Assembly (NCBI RefSeq): GCF_036321535.1
Contig: NC_087437.1
Coordinates: forward strand, 22,260,001 to 22,324,000
Source: Camelus dromedarius
Taxonomy: Eukaryota
DNA length: 64,000 bases
Reading direction: 5' to 3'
Part shown: in pieces, positions 34,481 to 48,600 of the stretch
Numbering within the stretch: the stretch's first letter is position 1
How the letters are laid out: every line of letters begins with the position of its first letter
Notes under the pieces: generated by a model
Database searches by the model: none
Told to the model about the DNA's origin: nothing
Seen by the model: the letters and a program-made list of their open reading frames with translations, nothing else
Position numbers and translations under genes: made by a program

Positions 34481-37400
34481 GAGTGGGGTAACGCTCAAAT
34501 CCTGACTGTGCATTTTCAAATCATGATAAGGCAAGACGACAGCCAAACAAGGGGCCCAGTGTGTGCCAAGGAAGTGCAGAAGTCTAGTGCAAGAGCCTGC
34601 TTCAGACAAAAGTAGAAGTTCCAGTTTCTACTTTACATTCACTTTTTGAGAAAATAAGTTGTATTCTAAGTGGGATGTCCCAACACCCAAAGAAAAGAAG
34701 TTTACAGATGAGGGAGGGTAGAGGGGTGGAGGGTGGGCAGTGGCAACCCCTAGGGTCTTGCCTGAGCTCTTTCTGATGAGCTTCGTATACTACAACTTCT
34801 AATAATTGCCTTATTTAAATCTTGTTTCAACTTTATAATTCACATGTCAATGTCTCCGTTTTGCAGACGAAGAAACTGAGTACTCAGAGAGATTAAGTTG
34901 CTTGTATTAAAGTCACACCGCTCCTACTTAGCAGGACTGGGATTCTAACCTTGAGTGGATGACATGTTTTTTCCTACACATGTCCCATATAGGAAATAGA
35001 ATTATGTCAAAAATAACATTATCTGAGGATTGATATTGACAATTTCAATTAGTGTTTATCCCTTATTGTAAAATTTTTCATGTACAAGATGAGGAGCTGA
35101 TCAGATCATGAAGTCTTATCTGTGATAAAATGGAAAGATTTGATGTTATTGGTTGAGAAAAAGCTGAAGTTACCTCTGGAAGTCCATGAACTGAAATTAG
35201 TTTGCAGATAGGTTTTGTTTTGCCTGTTGATGGAACAGGTAAACATCTGATATTTAAGATTTTTTTTTGAGCTAACATTAAAAGAAACTAACAGGAAACC
35301 TTATATGAAAATCTGAACAATCAGCAGATCTGGCAATCGAGTCTGCACTCCTGAAAGGTAACAAACAGTTGGTTCTGAGTACCAGCTGTTCACTTTAGAT
35401 GTTGTCTATAATTTTCCACTTTGCCATAGTCCCCACCAATCCCTAATATCTCCCTGACACTGAAGCCATATATCGATTGCTTTTACTTCACTCCCCCCAC
35501 CCCCTCAAATCTGGCAGCTTCCATTTATTTGCCCTGTCTCCCCTGTCCTTGTAGGCACTTTTAGGTGGGTTTCCTGATACACAAAGCAGTAGAAGCTAAA
35601 AGAAAGAGACCTGCATTCAAGGATCTCCCATGCCATTAATCAGTTCTGTAATCTCAGGCTAGTCCATTAACCACTGTGAGCCTCATATTCCTCATCTATT
35701 ATGTGGGAATGATAAATGGTTTGGGAAAGATTAAATAAAACAGCCCATGAGACTATGCTCAGTAAATGTTAACAGACTCTAAGACATTCTTGAAAAATAG
35801 TTCTTAAAGAAACTTTGCCCCACCAACAATCCACCACTGACAATGTATCTGCAGCCTCTCATATCCATTCAACAGCTAACCTTTTTAATCACCTATGCCC
35901 TTTTCTAGACCATTCTCACCTTTCATTCTTCTTTTAGTCAAGTGGTTTTTTAATTATACTTCAGACCATTTCCAATATTACTGTAATTACATAGCAACAT
36001 CTTTTCATAATATGAAACACAACAATTGAGCTAAACATACAAAGGCTCCTGCCTCTCCAACACCCCCTCACATAGCTGCTCACGGCCCCTGCTACTCACT
36101 GGCAAATGAAGCCCCACATTCTCTGACATGTGGGTACCATTGTGGGTCTTTCCATCATCACTCCTGTTTCAAGGGCTTACAATTGTTAATTGTATTATTG
36201 TAATTGTACAATTGAGACACCATTGTCCATCATGTCTGAATAACTTTTTTCTTGACTTTGAGTAGGCCATAGTATGTACCTGGAAGGGGCAATGGGAAGT
36301 GGAACTTGGAGTCCCGATATTGGCAAGTACACGGTAACCCTTGTGCTGGAGGCAGATCTTCAGAATCCCTGACTTAACCTCAAACAAGGGGGAAAACGGC
36401 CCATGGAGGTCCTTACAGAAATATTGATCTGCATTTTGACCAGAGCATCTAATCCAAATAAAATTGCGCTTTGCATGAGTGAGAAGGGCTGAGACAAAAC
36501 TTTCTCTGTAGAACTTATCTACCTGGACCAAGTGTCGGAAGGGCTTCTCACATCCTGGGGTCCAGATTAACCAGGGTGTGTCTGTCCCGTGGATGGACAT
36601 GGCAGTCAGGAAGTGGGTGTTCAGAGGTTGTGCTGGGCAGGCACTGGGGCAAAGAGACAGGGAAGGAAGTCTGTACGGATCCGCAACCCATTGCTACCCT
36701 TTAACCAGACGTCTGTCTCATCCTGTGGTTGAATTCGCTGGTGTCCTTTTTGTTGTACTGGTCGGATCCTAGCTCAGAGCCTTGTTGCATTTAATAGCAC
36801 GAACAAGAGCTCTTACTGGGGAGGTGGGGAGGCCATGGCTCACTAGCACTGCCTCCATGTGTTCCTTTCTCTTGGGAGTTCATTTCCCAAGTTTGAGATG
36901 TGGCCAAGAGGTTACCTGGTCTTCTGAAGAGCAAAGCTCAAGGACGCGTAGCAGGGTCTTGGCAACGCAGGACCTGCTGCCCTGGAACAGATGCTGCCAG
37001 TTAAGAACAGATTTCTAAGTGTTTCAGGGTGCTCGAGCACAGCTGAACTATTTCAGTTCTCGTGGTCGGTCTGTTCCATGCTTTGAGAGCGGCTTCCGTG
37101 GTGCAGTGAGGATACAGAACATAGGGCTGTTGAATGAGGCATCCCAGGGGCTTTGAGTAGGTGGAGCTGTTTTGGGAGCTTGCTCTGGGAATTCCGACCC
37201 AATCATTCCAGACACTGCGTGTGTCCTAAGCTCTTTACCTTTCCTGCTGGAGGGCGAGAAACACCAGAGCACAGGCTGTTGGAAAAACCCTGGGGCTACC
37301 TACCATTGCCACTTTGTGATTTCAGTCAAGTCGCTTTATCTCTCTGAACCTCAGTTTCCCCATTTCTCAGGCAGGGATCAGTCTATCACATGAGATGATG

Positions 37401-38624
37401 GGTGAGCAAGGCATATATGCTGTATCACAGCACGCCTGATGCCTGGCATACAGGAGGTGCTCAAGAAATGCCAGTTCTCTTTCCCTTTTCTGATGCCCAC
37501 GTGTTTGCTGTCCTAGCAGAAAGTGGGCTGAAGGCATGGGAAGAGTGCTTAATATTTCATCTGTTATCCATCATTTTCTTCCTCTGTTCTAGAGCATGAC
37601 AGTTCTTTCCTGTCATGGGGGTAAAGAAGCCCTAAGAAGATTAAATCAGCACGTACATTTCAGCTTGGTTCAAAGCTAAGCCCCGTAAGAAATCTTTATT
37701 TTGCAGAGAAGCTGCAGCCTGTAGCAGGGGCTCACGCCGGAGCCGTGAGCCCGCACGCTGGCCGGGCCGCTGGGGCTGCTTGCCTTAGTGCGCTGGCTCT
37801 CAGAGGAGCAAGCATCGGGCTTGTTAAACGGCTTGCGGGGTGGGACCTGGACATCTGCATTTCTCACAACCCCCAAGTGCTGCTGCCACCCCTGGTCTGG
37901 AGACCACACTTGGAGAAACGCAGCCTAGTGGGAGGAGACATCAGGCAGTTGGGATTCTGGGCTCTGGGCCCATCCTGGCTTTGCGAGGCTGCACGACCTT
38001 AGGCAAGTCTCTTAAGCCTTAGAAGACACAGCTTCCTCTTTGTCCGACAAAGGGCAACAAGTATAATTTGGAAAAAGTGTAATTTAGAGCGGAGCCACCT
38101 GATCTTTTTTCTGTAGTGGATGTCCCTCCTCCCAAGGCCCTGCTAGACTGACGGGGGACTGAGGGCACCAATATCTTGGCACATCTGTAACCCATTTAGA
38201 ATGTTCGGCTGGGAAAGTCAGACCAAGTGGTTAAGAGCGTGTGCTTTCAAGGCCTGGAAATCTTGTGGGGAGTCCTCCCTCTGCCTATTGCGTGGTCTTG
38301 CAGCTGTTCACCTAGGGCCGAGCAGAGTTGGGTCAGCTGTGAAATGGGCACGGTGCTTGTACCTGTATCATAGGAGGTGAATAGCAAACAAAGCAGGGCA
38401 GGTGGAGTGCTTGGCATGCGAAGTAGCTTGTATACAGTGAATACTAATAAATGCTAGATACTATTTCTTATTACTAGCTGTTATTATTTCCATTTCTAAA
38501 ATCCTGCGATTCACTCTTGTGCCTATTCCCTACCTTATTGGAAGAAGGAGATAAACCTCCAGTGTTTCAAAATGTAAAAACTTTTTTACTTCCTAAATTT
38601 TTTTACTTTGGAAGGGGCATTGAT

Positions 38625-39110
38625 CTAAAAGAATGCTCCTCAAACTCGAATATGCAACCAAATCACCTGAGGATCTTATTAAAATGCAGATTCAGAGTCA
38701 GCAGGTTTGGGGAGGGGCCTGAGATTCTGCATTTCCAAAGGGCTCTCAGGTGATGCCCATGCTCCTGGTCCAGCTATGCTTTGAGTGGTGAGGCCCCTCA
38801 GCAGCCGCTCTTGAACTTGGTTGCATATTGGAATCTTTTGGAGATTTTTAACAACCGCAGACCACACCCCGAACCAATGAAATCCCAATGCAAACATCAG
38901 TCATGGTTGAAACTCTACAGCTGATCCCAGGGTGTGGTTCCGACAGTGCTGGTTCTCAAAGTTCACTGTGTATTGAAGGGTTTTAAAAAACAATGGTGCT
39001 TGGGTTCCACTCAGAGTTTCCAATCTGGTCGAGGGTGAGGTCTGAGCATTAAGGTTTTCAAAAGCTCCCAGGTATTTTAATGAGCAGTAAAGTTTGAGGA
39101 CCTCTCTCTA
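38625..39110. mobile_element. Cluster of about three adjacent MER5-family relics
   Basis: Repeated tctcaaa...tcacctg...aaaatgcagatt...tgcattt...caggtgat...tttgag units; another MER5A-like copy at about 37790-37925. Confidence 0.65.
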
Positions 39111-40869
39111 AAGTCCAAAGCACTCTTTAGTGAGGCAAAAGAAGTCGGATTGATGCATATTCCAGGAGCTTGAAGTAATTAATTTCCCTACAACGGGGCC
39201 CGCTTTCCCTAGGAGACTGGCACTGAAATATGGCCAAAATAAGAACATTTTTACTCTTACTTTAATGGCGAAAACCTGTTTAACATCTGCATTCAGGAAG
39301 TTGTGTTGTACAGTAGCTCAGAAACAGGCCCAAGAGGGAGCACTCAGCCCCTAACCCTCTCCATCACGGCCTTCAGGGCGACCTTGGAAAATCTTTCAGT
39401 GCTTGTATTTCCATATTTTCTCATTTGCGAAACTTGGCTAATCCTACAAAGTGACCACAGGACTGGTGTATGGTCAGCTGTGGCTTCAAAAACACGCCTT
39501 CGTGTCTCTCAAATTGTTCTGATTTGCTGACTAAATCTGGACATCTATGCAAAATGCATATTTTGGGAGTCTTGAAAATCTGTCACATTTAAACTATAGG
39601 TGTCTCTCTCTCTCCTTTAAGGGTACGAATTCCTTCCTGTTCTATTCACGCAAAGTTTAGACTTAACGCAACCTGGAGATTCAGAGAAATCAACAAGAGA
39701 GCAGAAATGGTTTCTGAAGAGCCGTGGTGAGGAGACAGACAGGCCCTGCGGGGTCAGTCTTGTCCTTGACCCCTCGGTGGGAACGTCCCACAACTTTCCA
39801 GCGGCCCGCTCGGTCCCCCCGCCCACGCTTCTCTGGATGATGGCCGTGCCCGGCTTTATGAAACAGGCTCCTGCATCTTCGTTTCCCTAGCACTTGGCAC
39901 ACTGCCTGGAACACAGCAGGGCTTAAGTGGTGCTGGTCCAACGAATGGACGCAGTGGCAGAAAGAAGTCAAGTCAGGCAGCGTGGCAGAGCTGAAGGGTC
40001 CCAGAAGACAAAAAGGAAACGATATTGAAGAGAAAAGATATTCATGCTAGCAAATATTGAAGGGAATGAAGTAAAGGGCTGAAAAAGCCCAATAAAGGAG
40101 ATGCAGGAAAGGTGAGGGGGGCCTGAGTGAGGTTTGCGTGGGGACAGGGCCCCTGAAACAGCCAGAGGAAAGGGGGGAAACGACCAGAGAGACAGAACAG
40201 AGGTGACCGACACGGACTGAGGGCAGCGAAGACAGAGGACGGGAGCAGGGCGGGGAGGAAGGAGGCAGGGAGGCAGGGAGCCCGGCCCTAGGGACACAGC
40301 TTCCCTCGGGCCAGGACGGTTGGTCCCCTCGCTGAGGATGGAAGGAGGGACTTGGCCTGATGAGGCAGAAGTGGGGGGAAGGGTCAAACTGGTGTGAGTG
40401 AAGTGGGTCACTATCAGGGTGGACCATGTTTTCTGGAACTGGAGATTTTCAAATTGCATAATCCTCTTTGTTCTCAAGGATCTTCTGTGAGACAGCACAG
40501 TCCCTCCCACCTCACAAATCCACCTCAGTTAAGCCCCAGACTTCCACGGCTAACACCACAGACGGCTCCTTGGCAGCCTCCCTGGCAACTGCCGGCCCTT
40601 TCCAGCCACCACATCCTGCCCCTCCCATCACAGAGCCCCCACTGGGTCTCTGGGCACCTCCCCTCCTGACTTCCAGGCTCTTCCGTCCACTGTGACACAT
40701 GAACTCTTAAGCCACCTTCCTGTCCCCACGGACCCCCGTTCTTCCAGAGCCATGGGCTGCCTATCCGCGGCCTTTGTGCAGATTGGACACAGGGGCAGAT
40801 GAGTTAGAGAAAGTGCAGGGAGCATAAAACAAGACCTGAGTCACAGAGCCAGAGACTCTGCGAAGACGC

Positions 40870-40895
40870 TGTGTGTGTGTGTGTGTGTGTGTGTG
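40870..40895. repeat. (TG)n microsatellite
   Basis: Read directly. Confidence 0.95.
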
Positions 40896-42611
40896 CGCAC
40901 GTGCGCCCAGGAGCGTTGGGGGAAAGCTGCTCATTGAAAGTGATGTTTGAACTGAGTTTTCAAAGATAAACAGATGTTTCCCCGCTGCAGGTGGCTTTTT
41001 GGTGGGGAAGGTGGGATAAGGGGAGAGAACTGCCGTGGAGCAGGAACAGCAGGTGCAAGGAAGCAGAGGTGGGAAACAGGACAACAGCCAAGGCTGCCGG
41101 AGAGTCTGTGCGAATGGCCGTTAAGAGGGGACCCAGTGGTGGGGATGAGGTTAGAGCAGGTGGGAAAGGCCAGGTAGTGAAGGAACTTGAAGGCCAGGCT
41201 CAGAGCCAGACGTCACCTTATAGGAAATAGGGAGTGTCCGGTTTGAGGCAGGGATGAAACATGGAATTTGCATTTGAGGATGGTTACTTTGGAATGGTAT
41301 CACTATTTGTTTTTTATATATGAGCAAACTCAGCCTCAAAGGGGTATTTATAAATGATGTGTTCCACGTCACATCTTTCAGGTCATGGCAGAGCCAGAAC
41401 CTGACTTCATTTTGTTGCGCTAAACCTGGTGAGATTTTCCCTTGTAGAGCTTGCTAGGCCCAGCAAGGGCTCAAAAGCCAAAAATTGCTAGATTCAGACC
41501 TGTTCAGATAAGGCCCCTTGGGCCCCTAAAGACGTGATTTAAAAAAAATCTAGTTCCTTCATTTCTCAACAGAAAGACTTTATTCATACCAGGTTAGTCT
41601 TTAGAAAGCTAAACCAAAATGCTCCGCTGGGTATGTACTGGCACTGATTTCCAGAAAATATTTATATTGTCAGCTAGAAGAGGGAAACTGGGGGAAAGAG
41701 GACTCAGTGAGGTCTTAGATCTCTGTGGGGAGACAGCAACTACAGTCAGTTCTCAGTGGCCACTGGAATGGTGTACCCAATGGTTTTGGTTTGTGACTTA
41801 AACATAACTTCGTACGAGGTCTGCTTATGATAACAAAATGAAATTTCTTCAGTGTTTTTCTCCTTTTCCTGTTTCCTGTACACAGGTAAGATTTCTACCA
41901 AACAGCCTCAGGGAAGAGAGAGATGAGAAAGAGCCTTGAAAATCCAATTTCTGGGGTTAATCTTCTGAATCACTGGTGGCCGAGCCTTCCAGGAAACACC
42001 CACTCTAACGGCTGTGTCTGGGAAGTGCCTTTGTTTAACTCGAGAAGCGAGAAACATACGAGTTAACAGGGGACTGCATCCTGTGTCTGAGGTGTGAAAC
42101 ATAGAGAGGAACCCAAAGTCTCTCAATCACCTGGAGTTTTATAAGAGAGGCACTTTGGGGTAAGTGGGAATGTTTATACCTTGTTTACACTTGACTTCAT
42201 CTTGGTGGCATTCAGGCCTTGGTCAAGAACTTGGCTGCAAGTTGACAGACTTGATAAAAGTCCAGCCAAGGCTGGTTCATAAATGAGACATCCAAGGTTT
42301 ATCTTCAGAGTAGCCAATAAAATGCTATTATCACCGCTGATAAGGCTGAATCTCTGAGATTTCTCTCAATAAAGATAATGCAAATAATAATGACTTCCCA
42401 GAATGTTTCCTCAGACATTCTAAATCTATCTCTTATCAGCAATTTTTTAAAAAGGCTGGTTTAACATCTTCCCTTCCTTCTAAAGTATTCCTATTAAAAT
42501 TTAAGTCCAGTGACATTAAATGCCTCAGTTTTAAACACAGATCTTTCCAAAGGTTGATTGTTTACAAGACCAGATGAAGAGGATTCCCACCCTTAGGTCA
42601 CAGCTCCTCTA

Positions 42612-42664
42612 TACACACACACACACACACACACAGACACACACACAGACACACACACACACAC
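42612..42664. repeat. Interrupted (CA)n microsatellite
   Basis: Read directly. Confidence 0.95.
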
Positions 42665-43549
42665 TGGCAATCTAACTCCTCCTGCTGGGTGCCACTTGGC
42701 TCTGCTTATACCTTTATTCCTCAGGGTCAACCAGTTGATTTGGGTCTATGAAGAACAACTTTGGAGAATAATTTATATTTTGATATCTGATCCTGGACCA
42801 GATGTCAAAATGATAATTTTTGGGATTAAGAAAAAGATTCCCTTTCCCTTTGCTAAGAAGGTGACAAAACAAAGTTACAGCTTTTATATCCATATCTGTG
42901 TGCTTAACAATCCTAATGCCGATGTTCTGGGCCATGTGGGTAGACTGGGAAAGGAAGAGTTGGGGCCAATTTTTTAAAACATCTTCTCCACTTGCCAGTA
43001 AGCTCCATGAAGGCTGGGACAGCCTTCTCGCTAATGAATCACCAGGGTCTAGCACACATATAGGTACCTGGTACAAGCTTGGTAAGTGTCTCTTCAAACA
43101 ATTACATAAAACCTGGCCCAGGACATAAGCATCTTCTTCCTGGGATGCTGCCAACGCCTATCTCCCTGCTTGCCCTCTTGTCTCTCAACCCAGTGCCCAC
43201 ACTGTAGCCAGAGTGAAGGTTCTAAAAAATATGTAAGTACTATGGTCGTGGAAGCTGGGGAACTTGGCGCCTGCTCGGTCTGGTCTCTGCTTCCCCACAG
43301 CCTTGCCTTTCCCTGCTCCGGGCCTTTCTCAAACATGTTTTTTTTTCCTTTCTTCTTCCTTCTCTTTCCTCCTGGCCTGAAAACATGCTGTTTTCTTCCC
43401 CTGGTCATGTCTCTGCCTCCTTCAGGTCTCAGCAGAAATCTTCTTCCTCCAGGTGACCCTCTGCTCTCCGTCCAAAGTTCTATCAACCTGTTTTCCCCTC
43501 TCCATCTACTTCTATAACACTTTTGGGGTCAGTTTGTTCTTTCTAGTAG

Positions 43550-43746
43550 AGGGTAGCTGGGACAGGCTCCTTAGAGCAGATTCAGCACAACTTTTCCCAG
43601 CTCTGTATTCAGATACCTCACATTGGTAGACTGACATCAGCCTCAGTGGAAATAGTTACATCATGGAAATTGGCATATGCTATAATGCAGTTTTTTACTT
43701 TTTCTCCAGAAAGCTGGTTGTTAAACATTTATTTGCACACCATTGG
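43550..43746 (-). mobile_element. MER63-like element
   Basis: Reverse-complement similarity to 14400-14600 (catggaaattggcatatgcta...gttgttaaacattta...caccattg). Confidence 0.6.
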
Positions 43747-44379
43747 TTAGTCCCACAAGAGCTGAAGTTATCCTGGTCCCTCCCACCGAGGCTGGTTCAT
43801 AATAGGGTTCTTTAAAATTTTATGGAATTAAATAAGCATAAACTGAGAGTTTCAGGGTCACCATATTGAATTGTGCTCTATCTATCTATCTATCTATCTT
43901 CATATAAATATGTGATCTTTCATTTTGATAATAACCTTATGAACTTAGTATTGTATCTCTTGTATTTCAAATGAGGAGGGTTAGGCTCAGCAAAGTCAGT
44001 GACTTCCCCTAACGTCAGAGAGTGAATGAGTTGAAGATCCCTTGAGTGTGTGCCTTGGGGCTCTGCTCCAGCCTCCTGCCTGCAACTCTTGGCTGTCTGC
44101 ACCCACGCTGTCTCCAGCCTGGCCAAGGTACTGAAGATGGACTGCAGCCTGACTGTTCCCACACAGACTGGTCTCTCTGGATTCACTTGCCTGGTCCCCA
44201 GTCTCACACTGACAGTGGGTTGACTGCCCACTCTCTGTCTGGGTCAAGGTCTCCAGATGGCTTTCTGGATGAGCCCTACCTTTGGGGATCTACATGTGGC
44301 CCAGTGGACAGAGGACATGGCACAACAGATGAGGTCTGGGAAGCCTCCAGAGCTCCAGGCCTGCAACTGATCAGTAAGC

Positions 44380-44482
44380 ATCTCTTCCCAGTTTGCCCTG
44401 AACTTCCCCAATGTTAGCACTGAAAGTCCCATGTCCTGGGAATCCCCTACAGTCCCAGGCAATCTGGATGGCTAGTCACCCT
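44380..44482. mobile_element. MER81/MER94-like hAT-Blackjack relic
   Basis: cccagtttgccc...gcactgaaagtccc...cagtcccaggcaatctggatggctagtcacccta; related end at about 29080-29162. Confidence 0.55.
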
Positions 44483-44699
44483 ACTCAGAGCACAGAGCAG
44501 TCTGAAGCCATCAGAGGAAGGGACATCCCAAAGGGGCTCTGACAGCACAGCCTCCACTTAGCCACTCCCTCGGTCCACCTTCACACTGCCTGTGACTCCG
44601 CGTGTCTGCGTCCCTACCTACATGAGTGGCCAGGACCAAGAATAAGCCATTTAATTTCTCTGTCTCTGTTGCTACATCTATAACACGGAAATAATGAGG

Positions 44700-44861
44700 A
44701 CCAGGTACATAATTTGTGAGGCTCAGTGTGAAATGAAAATGTGGGGTCCCTTGTTCAAAAACTATTAAGAATTTCAAGATGGTGACTGCAGACCCAGGGC
44801 CCTTCTAGGGGGTGGGCCTCTCTGTGACTCCACTGGTCTCAAGTCCATGAAGCTGGACCTG
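44700..44861 (+). mobile_element. MER45A-like hAT-Tip100 relic
   Basis: cataatttgtgaggctcagtgtgaaatgaaaatgtggggtcccttgttcaaaa...ccatgaagctggacctg. Confidence 0.65.
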
Positions 44862-45568
44862 GAGATGGATAACACCTCACATTCAGAGTTGTGGGGCCCA
44901 AAGCATCAACAGCACTGAGCATGGTGCCTTGCCAGGGAATGTTCAGAGGGTGGGGTGACTGTTGCTGAGGTCTGGCCTGGCTTCCCCGGCTTGCTCAACC
45001 TCTTTTGGAACAGGTTCCTGAATTCTTACCTTGACAGTAATGTGAATTGGGTGATCTTTTGTAAGTCACTTCAGCTTTTCTAGGCTCAGATTTTTCCCTC
45101 TATAAAACATGGGGATTGCAGGAAATCTCTAAAGAGCTTACCAGCTTTAAATCTGTTTTGGCCAACTCCATGACATTTATACATCCGAGCAAGGTCTTAA
45201 TGTTCTTTTGAAAGCAGTTTCTCCCTCCCTGGGTTTGCTGAGATTCTATTTGGCCTTCAAGCTCCGTTCATATCAAAGAGTCTCTCTTTCCAACCTTGAA
45301 TACATAAATCAAGGGTTTTTAGATTATTCCTAAAGTTCCTCTAATTCAAAGGTCAACCCATTTTACACGTGAGCAGTCTGAGGCTTGAGTTAGCTGGCTG
45401 CCTCGCCTGGGGCCATGTAACAAGATGGAGGAGGGCAGGGATCAGCCCTGCTCCTCCACAGTATTATACGACTTCTTTCCTGGCTAAGGAAACACCAGAG
45501 GACATCTTTATAATCATACTTTGCCATTATTCTTTCCTGAAAAATTTCTCATAAAAACAAAGAAGTAG

Positions 45569-45628
45569 AAAAACAAAACAAAACAAAACAAAACAAAACA
45601 AAACAAAACAAAACAAAACAAAACAAAA
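45569..45628. repeat. (AAAAC)n pentanucleotide repeat
   Basis: Read directly. Confidence 0.95.
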
Positions 45629-48600
45629 GGAACTTCATTTAGGCTGGTTAGATGATTTTTTTTTTCCGAGTATTTTTGTTCCTGTTTTCTCAAGCCTAGT
45701 CCACCTGACCCAGGCTTGCTTTCAGAATTTCTCTAATAGTTTCTACTTAGTAAGGACAAGGGTTTCCCCACTCCCCATCTGAGGGTAGGATTCCCAGACC
45801 CTTTCTTCTCACGTTTCTGCACTCTGGGGCGAACAAACAGATGTTTCTCTAAAGGCACATCTTCTTAACCTTTTTTTCCCCTCTATCTCAACTGGTCTTT
45901 GGGGGATATCTAATCCCCCCCTTAAGAGAAAAGGTTGAAATGAAAGAAGGAATGTTCTCAGCCATGCCCTGGGTCTGGTCTGAGTGAATTCCCACTAGAT
46001 CTCTCCATGGGGCATCTGGTCATGTGCCTGGTGGTTGGAAAGTTTTGCTCTTCCCAGGGGTGAGAGTTAGAGAATAAAAAAATGTCTCTGTTCCTGGAAA
46101 TACTGTTACTCCCTAACATTGTGCCCACCCTCCTTCGTGCCAGTCCTCTCACTGAGGGATCCTTGGCTGGACCATGGGCTCCAGCTCACTTTTTTAACTG
46201 ATATATTTTTCAATTTAAGGTTGTACTTTTCACATGAACTGGCTCAGGGCCAAACAAAACATGTATTGTTTCAGTGGGAGTGAAGACTGTAATTTTAGGC
46301 TCTTTGTTTCACCTGCCCTTCTTCTGCTGCAGTGGTGCTGAGCTGACAGATGCCACAGGGTCAGCCGAAAAGGGTTTTTTGTGCCACCCTCAGCATTCAC
46401 TGAGATTTAGGGCAATATGCCATTTTCTTCATTTTCAAACAGCTTAGAAAGGAAGCCCAAAGGCTCACATTCCAAGGAACTCTAATTTGCCAACCAGTGC
46501 GGATCAGCCCGCGAATAAGGTTGTAAACTAAGAACAGTTTCCACTGGGCACTCTCTTCCTTTTCCATAGGGCTGGGTAATAATCTCCTTTCTAGGAGAAA
46601 GCCACATACAGCTGGAGCTGCTCTGAATTTTCAACTGGTATCAGGCCAACGTGAGGGATGAGAAGCTTGGAGTGAAATGCGGGGGTGGTGTGGCCTTTAC
46701 AAAACAAACCCAGAAAGTCTTGCACTTTTTTTTTTTTAAATGATCCCAATTTAGAATCTAGGTTTGCACCAATTTCAGAAATGGATATTTCCTGCTTCCT
46801 GCTCCCATCCTGACACCAGGGATGCTTTCTAGTTGTAGAGATTGTAGAATTGTGGAGTTATGGTTGTTTAGGTAGATGGAGCATCCCCTAGGGGACTGAA
46901 AAAACTAGGGTGAGAACACTGTGTGTGCAGAGAGGGCAGCCCTGAGAACTGGTGTATCCACAAGGACCTGTGTCTCCCAGGCTCACGAGACTGTGTAAAC
47001 ACTACTAAGTGCAGGCGGTCATAATTTTCATGAATACAAAATCAGAAGAAAAATTGAAGTTCTGGAAAACTATTCTTGTCCTCAAATCCTCCAGGGATGC
47101 TTGAATGTCCTCAAGTCGGGCTGGATTGTTTATTTGGGAGGACGTCAGATGTCCTTAGCCTCCTCATATTAGAGATCAGAAAATGGGCACCCAGAAAGGT
47201 TGAGTTGCCCGAGGTTGTAAAAGCGCTCTGTGTAAACAAGATGATTTCCAGAGAACTTTCCCCATCTAGTACAGCCAAGACTAAAACTGGCTTCTTAAGT
47301 GCCCCACGCAGTTAGTGGGAGATGGCGGTCCTTTCTTTAAAAGTGAGTTTGCTGTGCACTCACTGGCCCTTGGTCAACTGCCTTGTTTCTAGTGGCCAGG
47401 GTTCTTACTCGCCCGACACCTCTCTCTTGTAGGAGGGTTTATACTTTAGCAATAAAGGGAAGGATGTCTCAGTGAGCAGAAAAGATAGTGAAACACTTTT
47501 AATAGCCAGAAACCAAAATAAATATGCCTTGATAGTTCAGATTTCAACCTTTTGGGTCTCCCTAGGGAAGAACTTACACGGCTGGTGAAGTGGAAAGACA
47601 GATTATTTTGATATGGGATCATAAATATTCTACATTAATAAATTAATGTACCTACTTTCCCTAGGTTATGACCTTCTCTTACAGTTAGCTGGGAAATTTA
47701 ATGGAACAAAACCATTTAAATACCATGCACTCTCATACATTTGTATAGGACTTAACAGTTTAATGAGAATATGATGTTTCATCTACTCTAAATGTCTGTT
47801 TTGTGAGGTATGTGTTCCCATTTTCACAGATAAAGAAATTGAAAGCATGGGAAAGAATGACTTGCTCAAGGGCATACGATTAAATGGCAGATGTGAGACT
47901 TGACCTAGGGACTTTTTATTCCAGCTCAAAATTGTCTTTCCATCTTAAAATAATGCAATTTTTCTAGGTTATGAGAAATTCTTCTCTTGGATCCGGGTAA
48001 AAGCAGCCTTCACTCCCAGGCAGGTTGGATGCTCCTACACCTTTTACCTTGTAGAACTAACAACAGGGGGATTAGGACAAGTGAAGTTGTATTAGAAGCA
48101 GGTATGTCGTGTCTTATTACATGAAATAAAAATATTGGGAAAATGCCTCTTTTAATTATGTTGACAATGGTGGGGAGAGCAGCTATGTTCTGAATGTTCT
48201 TTTTTTTTGCCTATTGCTCTGGCTTTGCTCCCCTGTGGCCTGAATACCAACACTAAACATTATGAGACTCGAGTGAGGGCAGCCAGTCCATAGTTCAGTT
48301 TCTCTGAGATCCTCCTAAGTTCAGTCTTAGAAAATATATTTCAGTTTCCTACCCAATGGGGAAAAGTTAAATGCATTAGTCCTATTGAGGGATGAGACAC
48401 ATTTTATTTGTCTACCAGAAGGTGAAAAAAGCATTAAGCTCCAAACCTCCTGGAGGAACAAAATCTGAATGCCGACAATTTGGTCTGTTAAATCTTTTTC
48501 AAGTTATAGAGAATCAACCCCTCTACCCCAGAAAAATACTCAGTTGCCCTCTTACAGTGCCAGAGGATGTGGTGTAACCTACTTCTGTCATTTGCTGAAC

